A DNA stretch of 64,000 nt from Podarcis vaucheri. Taxonomy: Eukaryota. Position 1 is the stretch's first letter. The number at the start of each line of letters is the position of its first letter. The stretch is from the NCBI GenBank assembly GCA_965113315.1, contig OZ220366.1; one strand, written 5' to 3'. A program made the translations under genes and the position numbers. A model generated the notes under the pieces. It ran no database searches and was not told where the DNA came from. It saw only the letters and a program-made list of their open reading frames with translations. Shown in pieces: positions 34,897-48,815 of this stretch.

Positions 34897-37800
34897 AGGA
34901 TGAAAATAGCCTGCTCTTTTCTCTTTTACTCACTACTTATTCCTTAAGGTTGCCTTCCAGTGTGCATAGGGTTAAGATTATATAGATATATGACATTGTT
35001 TAGTACCTACCAAAAGATGGTTCCTAGCAAAGAGCATCAAGTCAATGTGCGTGTTAAGACGTTTCGTTTAAATTATACGATCATTTTAAAAATTAGGTGA
35101 GGATACAAAATGAAGAGCAACACTGACTGTACATAAGAATAAATGGCCTGCTTTTAATTGCAACAAATATTCTAATTGAAGAAGAATGTGACCGAGAAAT
35201 TTCAGCCCAAAGGCATTCATTTTATAAAAGTTGCAAGCGTGCCTTCCAGGAAAGAAGGACTTGGATTAAATTTCCAGTAATAACACAAATGCAATGCTTT
35301 TTGGCCTTCAGATATTTTATTGATATTTTGGAACTGCGCATGTGGATAAAGATTCTTCAAGCTGAACAGCAACATGGCATTAAAACAAAGTTTGTGTCCT
35401 GCACAATCCAGATAAAGGAAAAGTGAGAGCTGCATAGATTATAGCTTTTATTAGCATACAGTTTATAACAGGAAAATGCAGTGGAGAGCATTTCATTAAA
35501 GATTGGCTGTATACATGTTCAGGCTATAAAGCGGTTTAAATTTACTGACACGACTACAAAAAAAGCATTGTTGTTATTGAATGGAATAGTGGAGCTCCCA
35601 CCCCTCAAACCAAGATTATTACCCTACTGTTTTATTGACTGTCAAAATGCAAGTAAGCCCTTTTCTCAGTAAGGATGGTTTCTTAATAAATGCTTAAAGC
35701 CTACCGGTCTTCGGGAGACCTATTCACACCGTAATGCAACCCACTAGATGCAGCATTTATATGTAGCTGAGCTTCACAGGTGAGCAGAAGGCAACACAGC
35801 CATTAATGTTATTTCCCTTCAATCTGTACAAAATGCAATGTAAACTCAAGGCCATTTCAACATAGAAAGGCAACCCCCCAAGTTTGCTATCAAATGTGCT
35901 CTCAAGTGGGAGCTGTAGCAAAATATGACTCTCTGATGAGTGAACCTTTGTGGTAAATGTGATTGTTGCATTCACATGTTCCATTTTTAGGCATACACTT
36001 CAAGTACCTTTACACCTCAAAAATATAGTGTATGAAACAGCACCATGAAACAGTGATGCATAGATATATAGAAACAATATTTTCTCTTCCCCCCCCCAAT
36101 TATTGTGCCTTGCATGCAGTTAATGCTCTTCATAGTGCTTTAGAATGGAAATGTGACAGAATGTGAGCACCTTGGAGGTGGAGTCGACAAGGTCAGGATG
36201 AATCCAGATGGGTTATACCAGGGTTGCACCAGACTTTCTACCCAACAGGGAAGAACGGAACAGGAAATATTCCTATAAGAACCTTCTGCTGGCTACATTA
36301 AGCTATCATAAGCCTCTTCTTTCCCCTAGCTATCCCTTTAGGGAACCCACGTTTTTTTCCTGTTGGATTTTGGATGAAAAGAACAATGGGATAAGAAACA
36401 AACTAAGGAGCTTCAAGTATCCCTCAAGAAAAGACAAGTCAAACACAGCAGATCAGTGGGTAGAAGAAACTGCTATATGTTCTGAAATGAAGAATGCTGT
36501 TTTTCTTTACAAAATGTCTATCAATCATGCTCTCTTTGTCCACAAGAATTTGAGGAGGTACATCTGAGTGTATGATGCAGGGAAAACTACATCTCTGAGA
36601 ATATGCAGAACCAACAACAACATGCCTGAACATCCAAAGAAACACTAAAATACCTAGTTTTTCCAGCAACTGTCATACCAAAATCTGAATTTATGAAGCC
36701 ACCCTCAGGATGAAGCATTTGTGAGCACTATGGGGGAAATCCATGCTTATTTTCACAGAAGAGAAAAAGAGAAAGCCCTTGTAAGCTCTGTTGTGCAGAC
36801 TTCAAGGAGTAAAAAATAGAGATCCTGCTACATATTTTTGCTGGTATCTTACGTATTCTTAATACAATACCGAAACTTTAGATATATACACCTAGGGAGA
36901 CAAGATGCTGCAAAATATACAACCCTGGTAGGAGAGAAACTTGTAAAATACTTGGTAATGGAGGAGAGTTGCAAAGGGTACCTGCCTGGAATTTGGAATA
37001 TAGGCACGTAATGATGTACATATCAATGCAAACTATATGCTTGTAGGGGCCTGTATAGGTGGATTAACAAATCACAGGTGACACTTGCATGGGAAAAGAA
37101 CAAAATAAGACTTTACTGATTGATATACATACAGTATTATAATATCAAATCTATAACTTACGTTAAAGAAAGTGGTGGAGGAGAAACTGTCAGATTGTGT
37201 TGGTTCAACCTGCTCCCCTGAGTCTGCATACACACTTCAATTTGTTACAAAGTACCATATGTTTCCCTACTTAGTTGGCATTAAAATTGATATAGCCATG
37301 CAAGGTTTCTGAAGAGCATCTGAAACTGCATCTTCTATACTTTACAGATGGGTCCTGAGGACAAGAATAGCCTCAAATTAGTTTTTCTTAAAATAGCATC
37401 TGTGTTGTATCTCCCCTTTAACCCCAACACGCAATCTGTTCTGATGTAATGTATCAGACACACATACATAACACCAATCAGTTTTAAATAAAAGTTAATA
37501 AACATTTAATTGCCACCTGTATACCATTCTATCCTATCTTTTACTCAGGACCTATCTTTATAGTATAAGAGACTATACTCTTTGGGTGAAAAAAAATGCT
37601 CTTGCAGGTTTCTAATTCAGAGAGCACGGTGCCTTCAGTTGGAAAAAGTTCAGGTTATCTCCAGAATCAAATGCTGGCAGCCATATACTCTTGGCTACCA
37701 TTGGTGGTCCAATATATGGCCGTCAATGCCTTTTTTTGGTGACCCTCAGCAACTGTTGTCACCCCTCCCGTCCCTCATACCACCTTCCCAAAGCTGGGTA

Positions 37801-38100
37801 AGTGAAGTACTGGGCTCTGGAAAGGAGACGTGAGGGCTCTGACAGGGTCCTAGAGTCCTCTGTCTTCGGAAAGAGGGGGGAGGGCTCTAGGACTCTGCCA
37901 GAGCCTCACACATCCTTTCCAAAGCCTAGTGACCCACTTAGCCAGCGTTTGGAAGGCAGTGCAAAGGCTGCCCCCCCTCTAATTTTGGCCTCCTTCCCAC
38001 CCCGCTCCACACAACAAGGCAGTGTGCAGCCCACGGGTTCTATATCAAAGTATTCTTGCAGCCCGTTTGGTATGAAAAGTTGGGCCACCTTCATCTAGGG

Positions 38101-38236
38101 CAGGCATGGCCAAACTTGGCCCTCCAGCTGTTCTGGGACTACAACTCCCGTCATCCCTAGCTAACAGCACCAGTGGTCAGGGATGATGGGAATTGTAGTC
38201 CCAAAACAGCTGGAGGACCAAGTTTGGCCATGCCTG
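38101..38236. mobile_element. Young palindromic hAT MITE
   Basis: TIR CAGGCATGGCCAAACTTGG/CCAAGTTTGGCCATGCCTG with an almost fully self-complementary body. Perfect 8-bp TSD ATCTAGGG. Confidence 0.93.
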
Positions 38237-41200
38237 ATCTAGGGGAAGCAGTGATGCCTTTAGGATTGCCTGGCTAGCTTGAACTGTGCCAGATGACTGC
38301 ATAAGGTCTGGGTGAATTCTACTGTTTTCCACATTGTCTGTTTCCTCCTGTGCTTTTCCACACCAATCCTTGTGTGAACAGGGCAGGGGAGACAACTCCT
38401 TGGAACCCTGTGTCCGTTCACTCTCTGCTAACCTAGCAAAACAAAACCCATGTTGAAATCCACTGGCAGGAAGCATCCATGGCTTTGAATAGTAAGTACA
38501 AATCTCCCTCTCCCTCTCTGTTATTAAGCTGACAGGCACTTAGCCAATTACCCAGTCATAGTCTCAGCTGTATTTATGGAGAAAGAAGCAGCAGCGCAAA
38601 CAGCTCCTGTCTTTGGGGCTTCAGCTGAGTCTCTCTGGTGTGGTACGGCATTCTTTCTCTCTCCCCCCCTCCTGCCCCAATGTGTCTGATGTTCAAGGAT
38701 ATAAATGAAAGAGAACTGTGGAAAGGAGTGGGTAAGTGGGAAGCAAAACAAAATCAAGCAGCACCAGTGAGAATATTTTGTGGAATACAACAAGTATAAC
38801 TCACTTTAGGACAACTCCAACCCAAGTCTCCGTGTGTGTGTATGTGTGTTGTTAACAGTGCCTTCTAAAAAGGTCCTGTTATATAAAAGTTGGGGTGCAT
38901 CTCTAAGTATCACGTGTTGGGTTTGAGTGCTAGAGATCTAGTTACAAATCCCTGCTCAGTCATAAAGCTCCCAGGGTGGCCTTGGGCAAACCACCCTCTC
39001 ACAGCTTCACCTACTTCATGCAGGTTGCTGGGAGCAGAAATGCAGTAAGAATAATAAAATACTTCATGCATGGACGTACTATAGAAACGAGAAGTAATAA
39101 AATGCTATGCTAATGCTGTGTAAGCCCATTTAGCTACTTAGCATGGGTAGTACAGCAAGCTGAGGAAACAGGTATTCAGTGTTAATGCTGCAAATAGACT
39201 GTACTGATGTTTACAAGTATGTTGTGTTTCTATAACACAAAGCCAAGGATCATATTTATTCCTATTTAGTTCAGTTATCACATTTTCTGGTTTTGAACCC
39301 TTACCAGATGACAGTAATCAGGCCTGGGTTCAGATGTCTACCTTGCCACAGCTAATACAAAATATGTCTGTCCTTGTAAATCGGGGAACAGCAGTTGTGT
39401 GTTGTACTCAGCACTGTTGTGGAAGATAAGATGAGACAAGAATTAAACAGCCTTTTGCAAACTTATGCTGCAGTCCTGTGTCGGCTTACCAGGGAGTAGC
39501 CAGGAGCCACATAATCATGAGTTATAATTATATAATGTTATGAGACTTTGCAACACACTCCATAGCTCAGCTGGACAAGCAGTCTACTCATGTAAGGAAC
39601 AAACTCATGCATGAGTACCACTCCTCTGTCATGAACTAGAACATCACATTGCTCCTTCTTTACTGCAAGCAGAAAAAACTGCAATCTCATATGTGCACAT
39701 AGTTTCCATGTTAGACTGCTCATGCAAGTAGCTTTATTGCTTGAGCTCTTTTGCGTGCAAGTAAGCCACAGGGAGCTATCATCAGAACCAATTCTCAGCT
39801 CTCAGAGAACATGGCTAGGAATAGGTAGCAAGATCCATAATGTATAAAGCCACTTGTGCATAAAAGATATAAGGCAATATCAATTTATTAGGTAGATTCG
39901 GCTAAGAGTTAGTGGCAGGGAACTTCACAGTGGAGTTTTGAACATGGGTCCATACATTCTAGTCCAGCACTCCTGGACATTATCTACAGGCAAACACAGC
40001 TAATTCAGTGTTTGTCCAGTTGTAATACAGGAGCACTGATGTTGCATGTTGCTGTTTGGTGCTATGAATCAGACCTCAATGTCAGTCATAAAATGTGTAA
40101 ACACAAAGCTCTAGAGTATGGCTATCTGATGAAATTTGGCAAACATATAGCTCTGGGAACACAGCTACTCAATGATAATGCTGTGATTCTATGAAAGGTA
40201 AATACTATGCTGTACTGCAGGGGTAACCTTTGTAGTGCTCTCCAGATATTGTGGACTGCAACTTTGACCATTGGCCATGTTGGCTGAAACCAACATTACA
40301 GATGACAGATAACAACATCTAGATGCTCATTCACCTACCAACTCAGTTGATCAAAAACACCTGATGTGACTAAGAGACAGTGCCCAGAATATGGCTAGGC
40401 TGATAGAAGTTGTTTCAGTGCAAATGGCGGGAGTCACCAGGAAATATGACAGGTTTAGTACCTATTCCAGCATTGTCCCAGAGTATATTCCTTTATTCCA
40501 TATAAGGGAACGTACAAACTGATTGTCTTAATTCCTATGTGGAAAAGTAAAGTGCTACATTTAGGACCAATTCTATGGTGAAACCAAACCATCTCTTATG
40601 CCCACCAGCTCTTATGCTCACCGATCCTGTCAGCACCCATCATTGAGAGGGGAACCATTTTGAGAGCAATTCACCTTCTCTCTTTCTGAAGACATTGTGG
40701 GGAAGAAAGCTAGCTCTCTCCATCTCTTAACTGTTCTCCTGCCTGTCAAACATGGAATGTTACCTAGTATTATATAATAAGTCAGTTCCCAGGATTTTAT
40801 CCATACTGCAGGATCACATTTTAAGAAGCTATTGAATTCTTTGAGAAAAAGTAAATGGGTTGCAATCAGGGACAACTGAGAAGGGGCACACCAAATCCCC
40901 ACTCCAAATACTGCGATCACAGGAACAGAGGGTGAATTTAAAACCTGGATTGCTTCATCCCTTTATTAGTAAATGGTTGCCATTCATTTGTGGTGCCCTG
41001 CACCTATAAGCACTCCAGGGATTCCTCTAATATGCAGTCCCTCCCTCATACACACCTCACTTGTCATAATGACGGGCCTTTCACTAGTATAAAGCAGCAG
41101 AGAACTTACCAGAGCTAGCATGTGTCATACCTCAAATACGTAACTGTGTACTACAGATTGCTGCTATTCATATTATTTGCTCAGAGCCTGTTATTAGAGT

Positions 41201-43112
41201 GGGACAAATTCTACAAAATAACCCATGTTCTGTGAATATTTGCTCCAATATAAAAATGAACTCACTTTGGCTGCAGCTGTGTTTCTTTTGTAAGCTTCTG
41301 CTTGTTGCCTTTTTATTTTTATTTTTTGCATCGGAATAATTGAGCAACTCAGTTTTTTAACTTGACTAATGCTCATGGAAATCACATTTTAAAACTATCA
41401 ATAGATGAGTAAACAATCCGTGTCTTCTGCAGCTGGCACCACGCATTCATATGCACGCACACAAATGCACACACACAAACGTAAACACTTTCCAATAATG
41501 ACTGGCACTGTGTTGCTTATGTATTTATTTTGGTGTGGTGCTGGGTGATAGTTTCCTTACCATTGCATTCCTGTAACTGAGGCAATTAAATGAACAAGAT
41601 GTGGCTCTGATCACAACTTGGATTGCACACACAATTATTTTATGTGAATGTGACAAGAGAAAATTGCCTTCCAAACACTGCACCCAGCCAATGTTCTGGT
41701 AGCCTGATTTTAATAGGAACAATGCCTCAGGCAGGGCCTGTGAGCCTCCAGAAAAGGAAAGGTTAATAATTTTAAAGCCCTTATTTGTTTCTTTTCCCTG
41801 ATGGAGTCACAGCTCCAGGGACTCCCTTAACACCCTCTTCTTGATTATGTCTCTGATCTCTGTTCCAGCCCTATTCTAGGCAATTGATGTATTTCCATTG
41901 GGTTCAGTAGATTTCATAGCAGACCTGGTAAAAAATTGTTAACACTTGGCCAGTCAGGAAACAGAAGACTATGATATACTTTTGCCATCTTTCCTAAAGG
42001 CAAAAGGAAAAAAAATAATGTCATCGCTAATATATATGTAAATTTTTTTATTGCCTGTAGCTTACCTTTAAGTTTAAGATTACAGAAAGTTGCCGATAAG
42101 AAAAGAAAAGCCAGGCTAGTTTAAAATAGGCCAGGTGGTGACCCTAAATGCAAGCAGCCGAAACTAACCAACACAGCTAGAATATTGAACATCCCATAAT
42201 CACAGTGAATGGTGTGCCATTGTTAAAGAAAAGGGAGGGGGGAATCACCACTTACAACAATTATGTTGAGTGAATTCAGAGATTGAATCAGTCTGAGGAA
42301 ATGGCCGGCTGCCTGTAAGCATTGTTCCAAGTGGAAGAAGGAAACAATTCACTGAACGATTATGCAGCGGAAAATTATTCACACACCTCTGCTGTGTCAG
42401 GAGTAGAGATCAATGGGATTCCTAGTGATAGATAAAATCCAGGACTAGGGCCAACTAGCTTGCTGCTGCTGTTGGGTTGGGTTGTTGTTATTATTATTAT
42501 TATTATTGGCACTCTGCATTGCACTGCGCTTAATCTCGGCCCTTTTAGCCAGAGCGTGAGAGATTCAGTTATGCAACTTGGTGACACAGCTGATCTTTTC
42601 AGAGTAGCAGATAACCGTCCTCTAAACAAGCCCCTAAACATTTCATTTCCACCTTTTCCTCTCTCTCCACCCGACTACTGAGAGAGAAAGGAGGAGGTGG
42701 GAATGAAATTTTTGGACCGTCTCAATATTTCCACCTGCTATTTCATGAGCCAGCAATTTTCATTTTAGGGGGAAAGATGCTGTCTGTAGCTCACTGCCAT
42801 TTCTCACACAAACTCTCTTTCCCTCTGATCTGTTAACCTTGCAAAACCCATTCAAACTTTTGTTTGATTGCTCTGCTGTCTTCTCTGCCGTTCTTCTAGC
42901 ATTGCAACAAGGATGCTGTGAGCCTAGCAGACAGTTCCACTTGCTGTATGTACAGGGGCATTTAAAAAAAGAAAACCTATACCCTAGAGTTCACCATCAT
43001 CACTTTTTTTTTTAACAGGAATATACTACATAAAATTTTTAGGAAGAGGATACTTCAAAGCCTCTGAATCTGAAACTCATACACCTGCTCTCTAGCCTTA
43101 TTTAACAAAATA

Positions 43113-43327
43113 CAGTGGTACCTTGGTTTACAGACGCTTCAGGTTACAGACTCCGCTAACCCAGAAATAGTACCTCGGGTTAAGAACTTTGCTTCAGGAT
43201 GAGAATAGAAACCGTGCTCCGGCAGCAGGAGGCCCCATTAGCTAAAGTGGTGCTTCAGGTTAAGAACAGTTTCAGGTTAAGAACGGAACTCTGGAACGAA
43301 TTAAGTTCTTAACCCGATGTACCACTG
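43113..43327. mobile_element. Tc1/mariner(pogo)-type MITE, copy 2 (opposite orientation to copy 1)
   Basis: Same TIRs and body, TA TSD. Confidence 0.9.
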
Positions 43328-44159
43328 TACTCTGATCATATTTCTAAAAAAAAACCTTGTCCAGCCCGTATACTGTTGAATGTATTGTTTCGATTCCTTA
43401 CTTTATTCATTTTCTGTACAGTGCTCTCTAAAAGCCAGAATTTTTACATGGAGAAATTGTAGGTAATCTGAATCAGCCTATGTCTCTCTCTTATATTTTT
43501 GTGAAGCTTAGTTTTGCATAAGTTAGAATTGCTGTACAGGTTGTTGTCTCATGGGGAAAAAAATTATTCCTTTTTTAATGATTTGGAGGTTTGGGTATGA
43601 AAATCCAGGGTGGTTGAAAATTTGTCTCTGGTAGGTTCTCCTATATTATGTAATATGATTCTCTAGCTGCAACTTAAATATAGGTTTGTCACTGCCTGGA
43701 GGGAAATGAAGAAGCTACAAATTTGTACAGCAAGCAAAAAGGAAAAGAATAATAGTGTACAAATCCTCACTGTACATGTGGGAACCCTGGAAGGCTTCTT
43801 ATTGTTTTAGGGTTTTTCCCCCTTTGCATGCTGAAGTTTGTGTGCTGTTTGGAAAGAGATGAGAGAGAGAGAAAAGTCTAAAGTTTTCCTGCTGCTCAGG
43901 AGCCTGTGTGGCCCAGTTCATGCTTTCATCTGGGGGCACAATTTGTGGTGAAAGAATGGAGTGAGCCTCTCTGCTCAACCATGCAGATAACTACCAGTAT
44001 ATACTTGGCCTTCACCGTGAGCACCTGACTTCGTATGTGTCATATGACAGACCCCCCCCCACCACACACATTTAAATCCTTTCTGTCTTTTGTTTTGCAA
44101 ACCAGGTCTCTGTCTAATCATAGAGAACCCAGTCCATCCTGGTGTCTCCCTGCCTAGTA

Positions 44160-44401
44160 CAGTGGTACCTCGGGTTACATACGCTTCAGGTTACATACGC
44201 TTCAGGTTACAGACTCTGCTAACCCAGAAGTAGTGCTTCAGGTTAAGAACTTTGCTTCAGGATGAGAACAGAAATCGTGCTCCAGTGGCAAGGCAACAGC
44301 AGGAGGCCCCATTAGCTAAAGTGGTGCTTCAGGTTAAGAACAGTTTCAGGTTAATTATGGACCTCCGGAACGAATTAAGTACTTAACCCGAGGTACCACT
44401 G
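44160..44401. mobile_element. Tc1/mariner(pogo)-type MITE, copy 3
   Basis: Same TIRs and body, TA TSD. Confidence 0.92.
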
Positions 44402-44472
44402 TAAAGGGAACTTGGTCACAACAGAAGTTGCAGAATTTATTCCCCAAAAGAGATACATCTGACACCAACCTT

Positions 44473-44636
44473 AGAAACATAGGTAACTGCCTTATGCCCA
44501 TTCAGACCATTGGTAGCCTACCCGATTTGCAGCAGATCTCTCACATTTCAGACAGGAATCTCTCCTAGTGCTATCTACAGATGGCATGGATTCAACCTGG
44601 GACCTTTTTCATGTAAAACACATGCTCCAACACTGT
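44473..44636 (-). mobile_element. Squam3-like tRNA-derived SINE
   Basis: The minus strand has GGTCCCAGGTTGAATCC (B-box-like) and ends TGGTCTGA...ATAAGGCAGTTACCTATGTTTC. Confidence 0.6.
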
Positions 44637-45382
44637 TATATTTTTGGCAAAGACATTTCAGTTCAGCCAGGCATTCTAAGTACTTTTACTGGACTTCCGT
44701 AAGCTGTTTTGTTTGTGGTCTGTTTCAGTGTGCAGTATTTTAAATAGGTTTTGTGTGTGGTTGTGGTTGTTCTGGTTGTTGCTCTTCTATTGTTGTGGTA
44801 TGCAAATATTATAACTAAATAAAATACTCCACTAATGCCATTTCAGCACCATCCATGCCTGGACATATGAACCAGGGCTCTGCCTGCCCTGTCTCCTGCA
44901 CATGTATGGGTATGGGACTGTAGAGCTCAATTTGCAATAATGGTGCAGCTGTAGATAGTCCATTTGCTCAATACTGAGGACAGAAGCTGAGAGGATGCTT
45001 CTTCTTGATTAGGTACTTGTTTGGTAGGGGATCCAGCAGCTATCAAGCCTTCATGAGGATTGTCAGGTCTTCTATGGCTGAAACCTTGAGAACCCAGGGG
45101 CAATGCCAGGGGCAGAGGCCCTGCGTACAAGATTTGCCTGCAACAACTGACTAATGAGCACACTTGTGCCTCTGCTTCTGTTTGGGAAGCAGCTCATGGG
45201 AGAGAGCTTAGGCCAGCATTGACTGGCATTGGCAAGCAGCCCTAACACTGGACTCCTGATTTCTCCAACAACATTTCTCCAGACAGGCTTTACACGGTTG
45301 TGCTAAACATTTATTTTATTTTTAATCTTGCACCTGGTGCTCACTCCAAGTTATGCATATTTAAGCATGTCAGTATGTGGAA

Positions 45383-45545
45383 ACAACAACAACAATTTTA
45401 TTATTTGTACCCCGCCCATCTGATTGGGTTGCCCCAGCCCCTCTGGGTGGCTTCCAGTATATACAAAAAAATAATAAAACATTAAACGTTAAAAACCGCC
45501 CTATACAGGGCTGCCTTCAGTTGTCTTCTGAAGGCTGTATAGTAG
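45383..45545 (-). mobile_element. L2-type extreme 3' end
   Basis: Minus strand CTTCAGAAGACAACTGAAGGCAGCCCTGTATAGG...GGAAGCCACCCAGAG...GATGGGCGGGGTACAAATAATAAA plus (TTG)n tail. Confidence 0.65.
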
Positions 45546-48145
45546 AATCTAATAATTGATTAGCTATAGCTAAATGGCAAACTGACCTAAATGGATCCGT
45601 GCTTACTCAACCTGTGAGAGAAGGTCTAACAAAACTCTTGGTGAGAGAAAGGTGAAATCAACCAAAATAAGGTTAATTGTGGTTGGGAGTAAAATTCCTT
45701 CTGGCCCTGTTAGCTAGTAAGCAATGCACAACTCAGTAGGATTCTCTAAATGGAGGGAGGGAGATAGGGAGGGCTTAGAAAGGTTTCCCCTCAAGAGCAA
45801 AGGAGGAAAGGGGCCAGTCAAAATGGATGGTGGCCTTTACTTTTGAAGGAGGTCACCACCCTGTACCACCAGGCCATGTGAGGTGTAGGACACCACAGAT
45901 ACCTTACAGGAGGATTGCCTCTCCTTCCCAGCCATAGTGGCTTCCATGCTACCCCACAAATTAGCTGATGGCATCAAGAGGACTCACTGAATTGAAGGAA
46001 GTATCTCAGCTCTAATAGATAATAGAGGAAAGAGAGAGACAGTGATTTGCTGATTTGTTAGACGTAGACAGAGTGAAAGGCAGACCATTCTTTTTCTCCT
46101 CCCTGCAAAATATTTCCTTTGGGCCAGTTTTATCTCTGGATGCTAGAGAAGATCATGGAAGCAGGAAGGTTCATTCTGCCTACAAGTCCTTTTCAGAGGT
46201 TTGGGATAACAAGATCAAGCATCCCTGCAAACTCCTTTGCTGGGGGTGGATGATTCAGCCACTTGCTTTGCTTGTGCTGATTGCCAGCACTTAGGTATAT
46301 TTCTCACAAAGGGAACTGATGAGTCTACAAAGTTACAGCAACTGCAGTAACGAATCAGTCATATTAACTCACACCCTGAGGTATTTTGGTTCAAGCTTGC
46401 ATGGAGGTGTAACAAGAGCACTCTTTCAAAAAGTGAAATGAAGGCAATTCCTTTCCAGCTTAATTAATATAACGACACCAAAGCATCACCTATCATAATG
46501 ACAACTGGAACTGAAATAACTCTGCAAAGTATGTCTGATGTTCAATCTGTAGCTAAGCCCCAAGACCTGCTAGGCCTGTGCCCTGCATTAAAAATGACAG
46601 AGGGGCGTCACCTCGTCAGGTGTTGAGCCATCAGCTCCTTAATTCCAGCTGCTGGCTTTTAGCTACTGCTGTATAAATGCAGGATTGAATAGCAGTTAGA
46701 GAAAGGTGCAGAGGCAGCTGTCTTCTTCATGAGAGAAGGATAAAATCATCCAGAAAGATATGGTACAAATTGTGCGATGCAAGGAGCTTTTCTGAAAGCT
46801 GGTCTCTTCTGTTTTCACCACTAGGTGTAAAGGAGACATAATTCTTGTTATGTAAGCCCCCATTGGGATAAATGGCATCTGTGCAAACGTACCTGCATAA
46901 CTATATCCAATTTCCATTCATTTTGTGAAAGTTAATATTCTGGGAAGGTTGTACTTAAAGATAAAAAGAAATCGTTAGTTGCTAGTGGTGGTTGTGTGCA
47001 CAGAGTTACCTTGTTATCACAATATGTAGATAGTTTAGGGTTTTCCTGTTTATCAACCTGCCTTTTTGTCTATTTACTCAGATACTTTACAGACCTATGT
47101 GGCATCCAATAACGTGGCATTTGTATTCTCCCACTGCTCTTGAATTTAAGACCCATATGGAATCATGATTCATATGAATTCTCTGGCCTTTAATGACATT
47201 TCCTTCATTCCCCTCCTGCAGGTTGATCTCCTGTTCTGGCCTTAGGCAAAATAACACATGCAGGGGTCCCTCTTAGCTTCCTCTCCACTTCTGGCTGTTA
47301 GTGTTGGATACATCCATGAGACAGATGGGCTAACAAAAATGGGTGGGATGATAATAAAATTTTTTAACTTCTCTGTGTTGCTTTTCATCTGTGGTTTCCA
47401 CATTGGTTATCAAAAGAGGGACCAGTGCACAACTTTGCAAAGAAAATGACATCACTTCTCATAAAGTTTGTGACATTCCAAATTTCTTGCAAGTTCTTTC
47501 ATAGGCTATACTGCCCCCTGGTTATGAACACACACGTGCATGCAATATTTACTTTCCGGTATCATGGATACCATGTACAAATTAGTGTGCTGGTAGTATT
47601 TCAGATGAACTCTACAGCTTTAAGGCCAAGTACTCAGCACCAGCTGTTTCCCTTTCTAGGCTTTATCCATGGCATGCTCTAGGAAGGAGTGGGTGGTGAG
47701 GGCAATCAGCCAGGACTTCTGTGTCTGCATGGTAGTGCTGTTCCAGCAAACAGTAGCTATTTAAACATCCAGCAATTCATCAATCAACTTCTCCTCCTGT
47801 GATAGGGCATATTGTCATGAGAAAAGGACAAGACAAAGGAAGACTAGTTTTTGCAAGGAAAGTACAACTGTCTGTCTCCCCATAAGAATACCAGATCTAA
47901 AATATAATGTCCATTGTGTCCCTGAGCAAGGAAGCATCTTGTCCTCCTGAATGGTTTTAGTGCCCAAGAAAGAGAAATGTTGGCAGAAAGCTCAGAGGAA
48001 GTGAAACTAGGCAAATGCTATCTTAGGCCTATCACCTCAGAGATATTATCTGCAACATCTTTATCCCCTTAGGATTACAGAGAAGAAAACCACATGATGT
48101 CTGGCTAAGTATTTGGGCTTCATTGCATCTGTGACACCACTAGTG

Positions 48146-48815
48146 CAGTGTTTCACAATTAACTAATCACTGAGGAACCCCTATTTTTCAAACGCCAAGC
48201 CATGGACTTCTACTTATGAATATTTTGAAAACTCTGCAAAGCATTTTTTTTTAACAAAATGTAGGGTAAAGTAAAGGGACCCCTGACCATTAGGTCCAGC
48301 CGTGACCGACTCTGGGGTTGTGCGCTCATCTCGCTCTATAGGCCGAGGGAGCCGGCATTTGTCCGCAGACAGCTTCCGGGTCATGTGGCCAGCATGACTA
48401 AGCCGCTTCTGGCAAACCAGAGCAGCGCACGGAAACGCCGTTTACCTTCCCACCGAAGCGGTACCTATTTATCTACTTGCACTTTGACGTGCTTTCAAAC
48501 TGCTATGTTGGCAGCAGCTGGGACTGAGCAATGGGAGCTCACCCCGTCGCGGGGATTCGAACCGCCGACCTTCTGATCGGCAAGTCCTAGGCTCTGTGGT
48601 TTAACCCACAGCACCACCCGCATCCCCAAAATGTAGGGTAGTCCCTAATAAATAAAGAATATTAGGTATATTTAAAAAGTCCATAAAATTTGTGATGTTG
48701 CCATGCAAAAATTACAAAAATTTAGTAGGGGGGAGGCAAGGGATGCGGCCGCGGACCCCCTGGGTGTGTTCCGTGGACCCCCAGGCATCACCAGACCCCT
48801 AACTGGGAACCATTG
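48146..48815. mobile_element. Non-autonomous hAT element containing a Sauria SINE
   Basis: Termini CAGTGTTTCACAA/TGGGAACCATTG. Perfect 8-bp TSD CACTAGTG (48138-48145 and 48816-48823). Confidence 0.8.
48269..48626 (-). mobile_element. Sauria SINE, full length, 14-bp TSD
   Basis: Same consensus as 23464-23812. TSD CAAAATGTAGGGTA at 48255-48268 and 48627-48640. Confidence 0.93.

Noticed and set aside
36208-36567. 119-aa ATG-initiated ORF
   Set aside because: No recognisable homology or exon signals.
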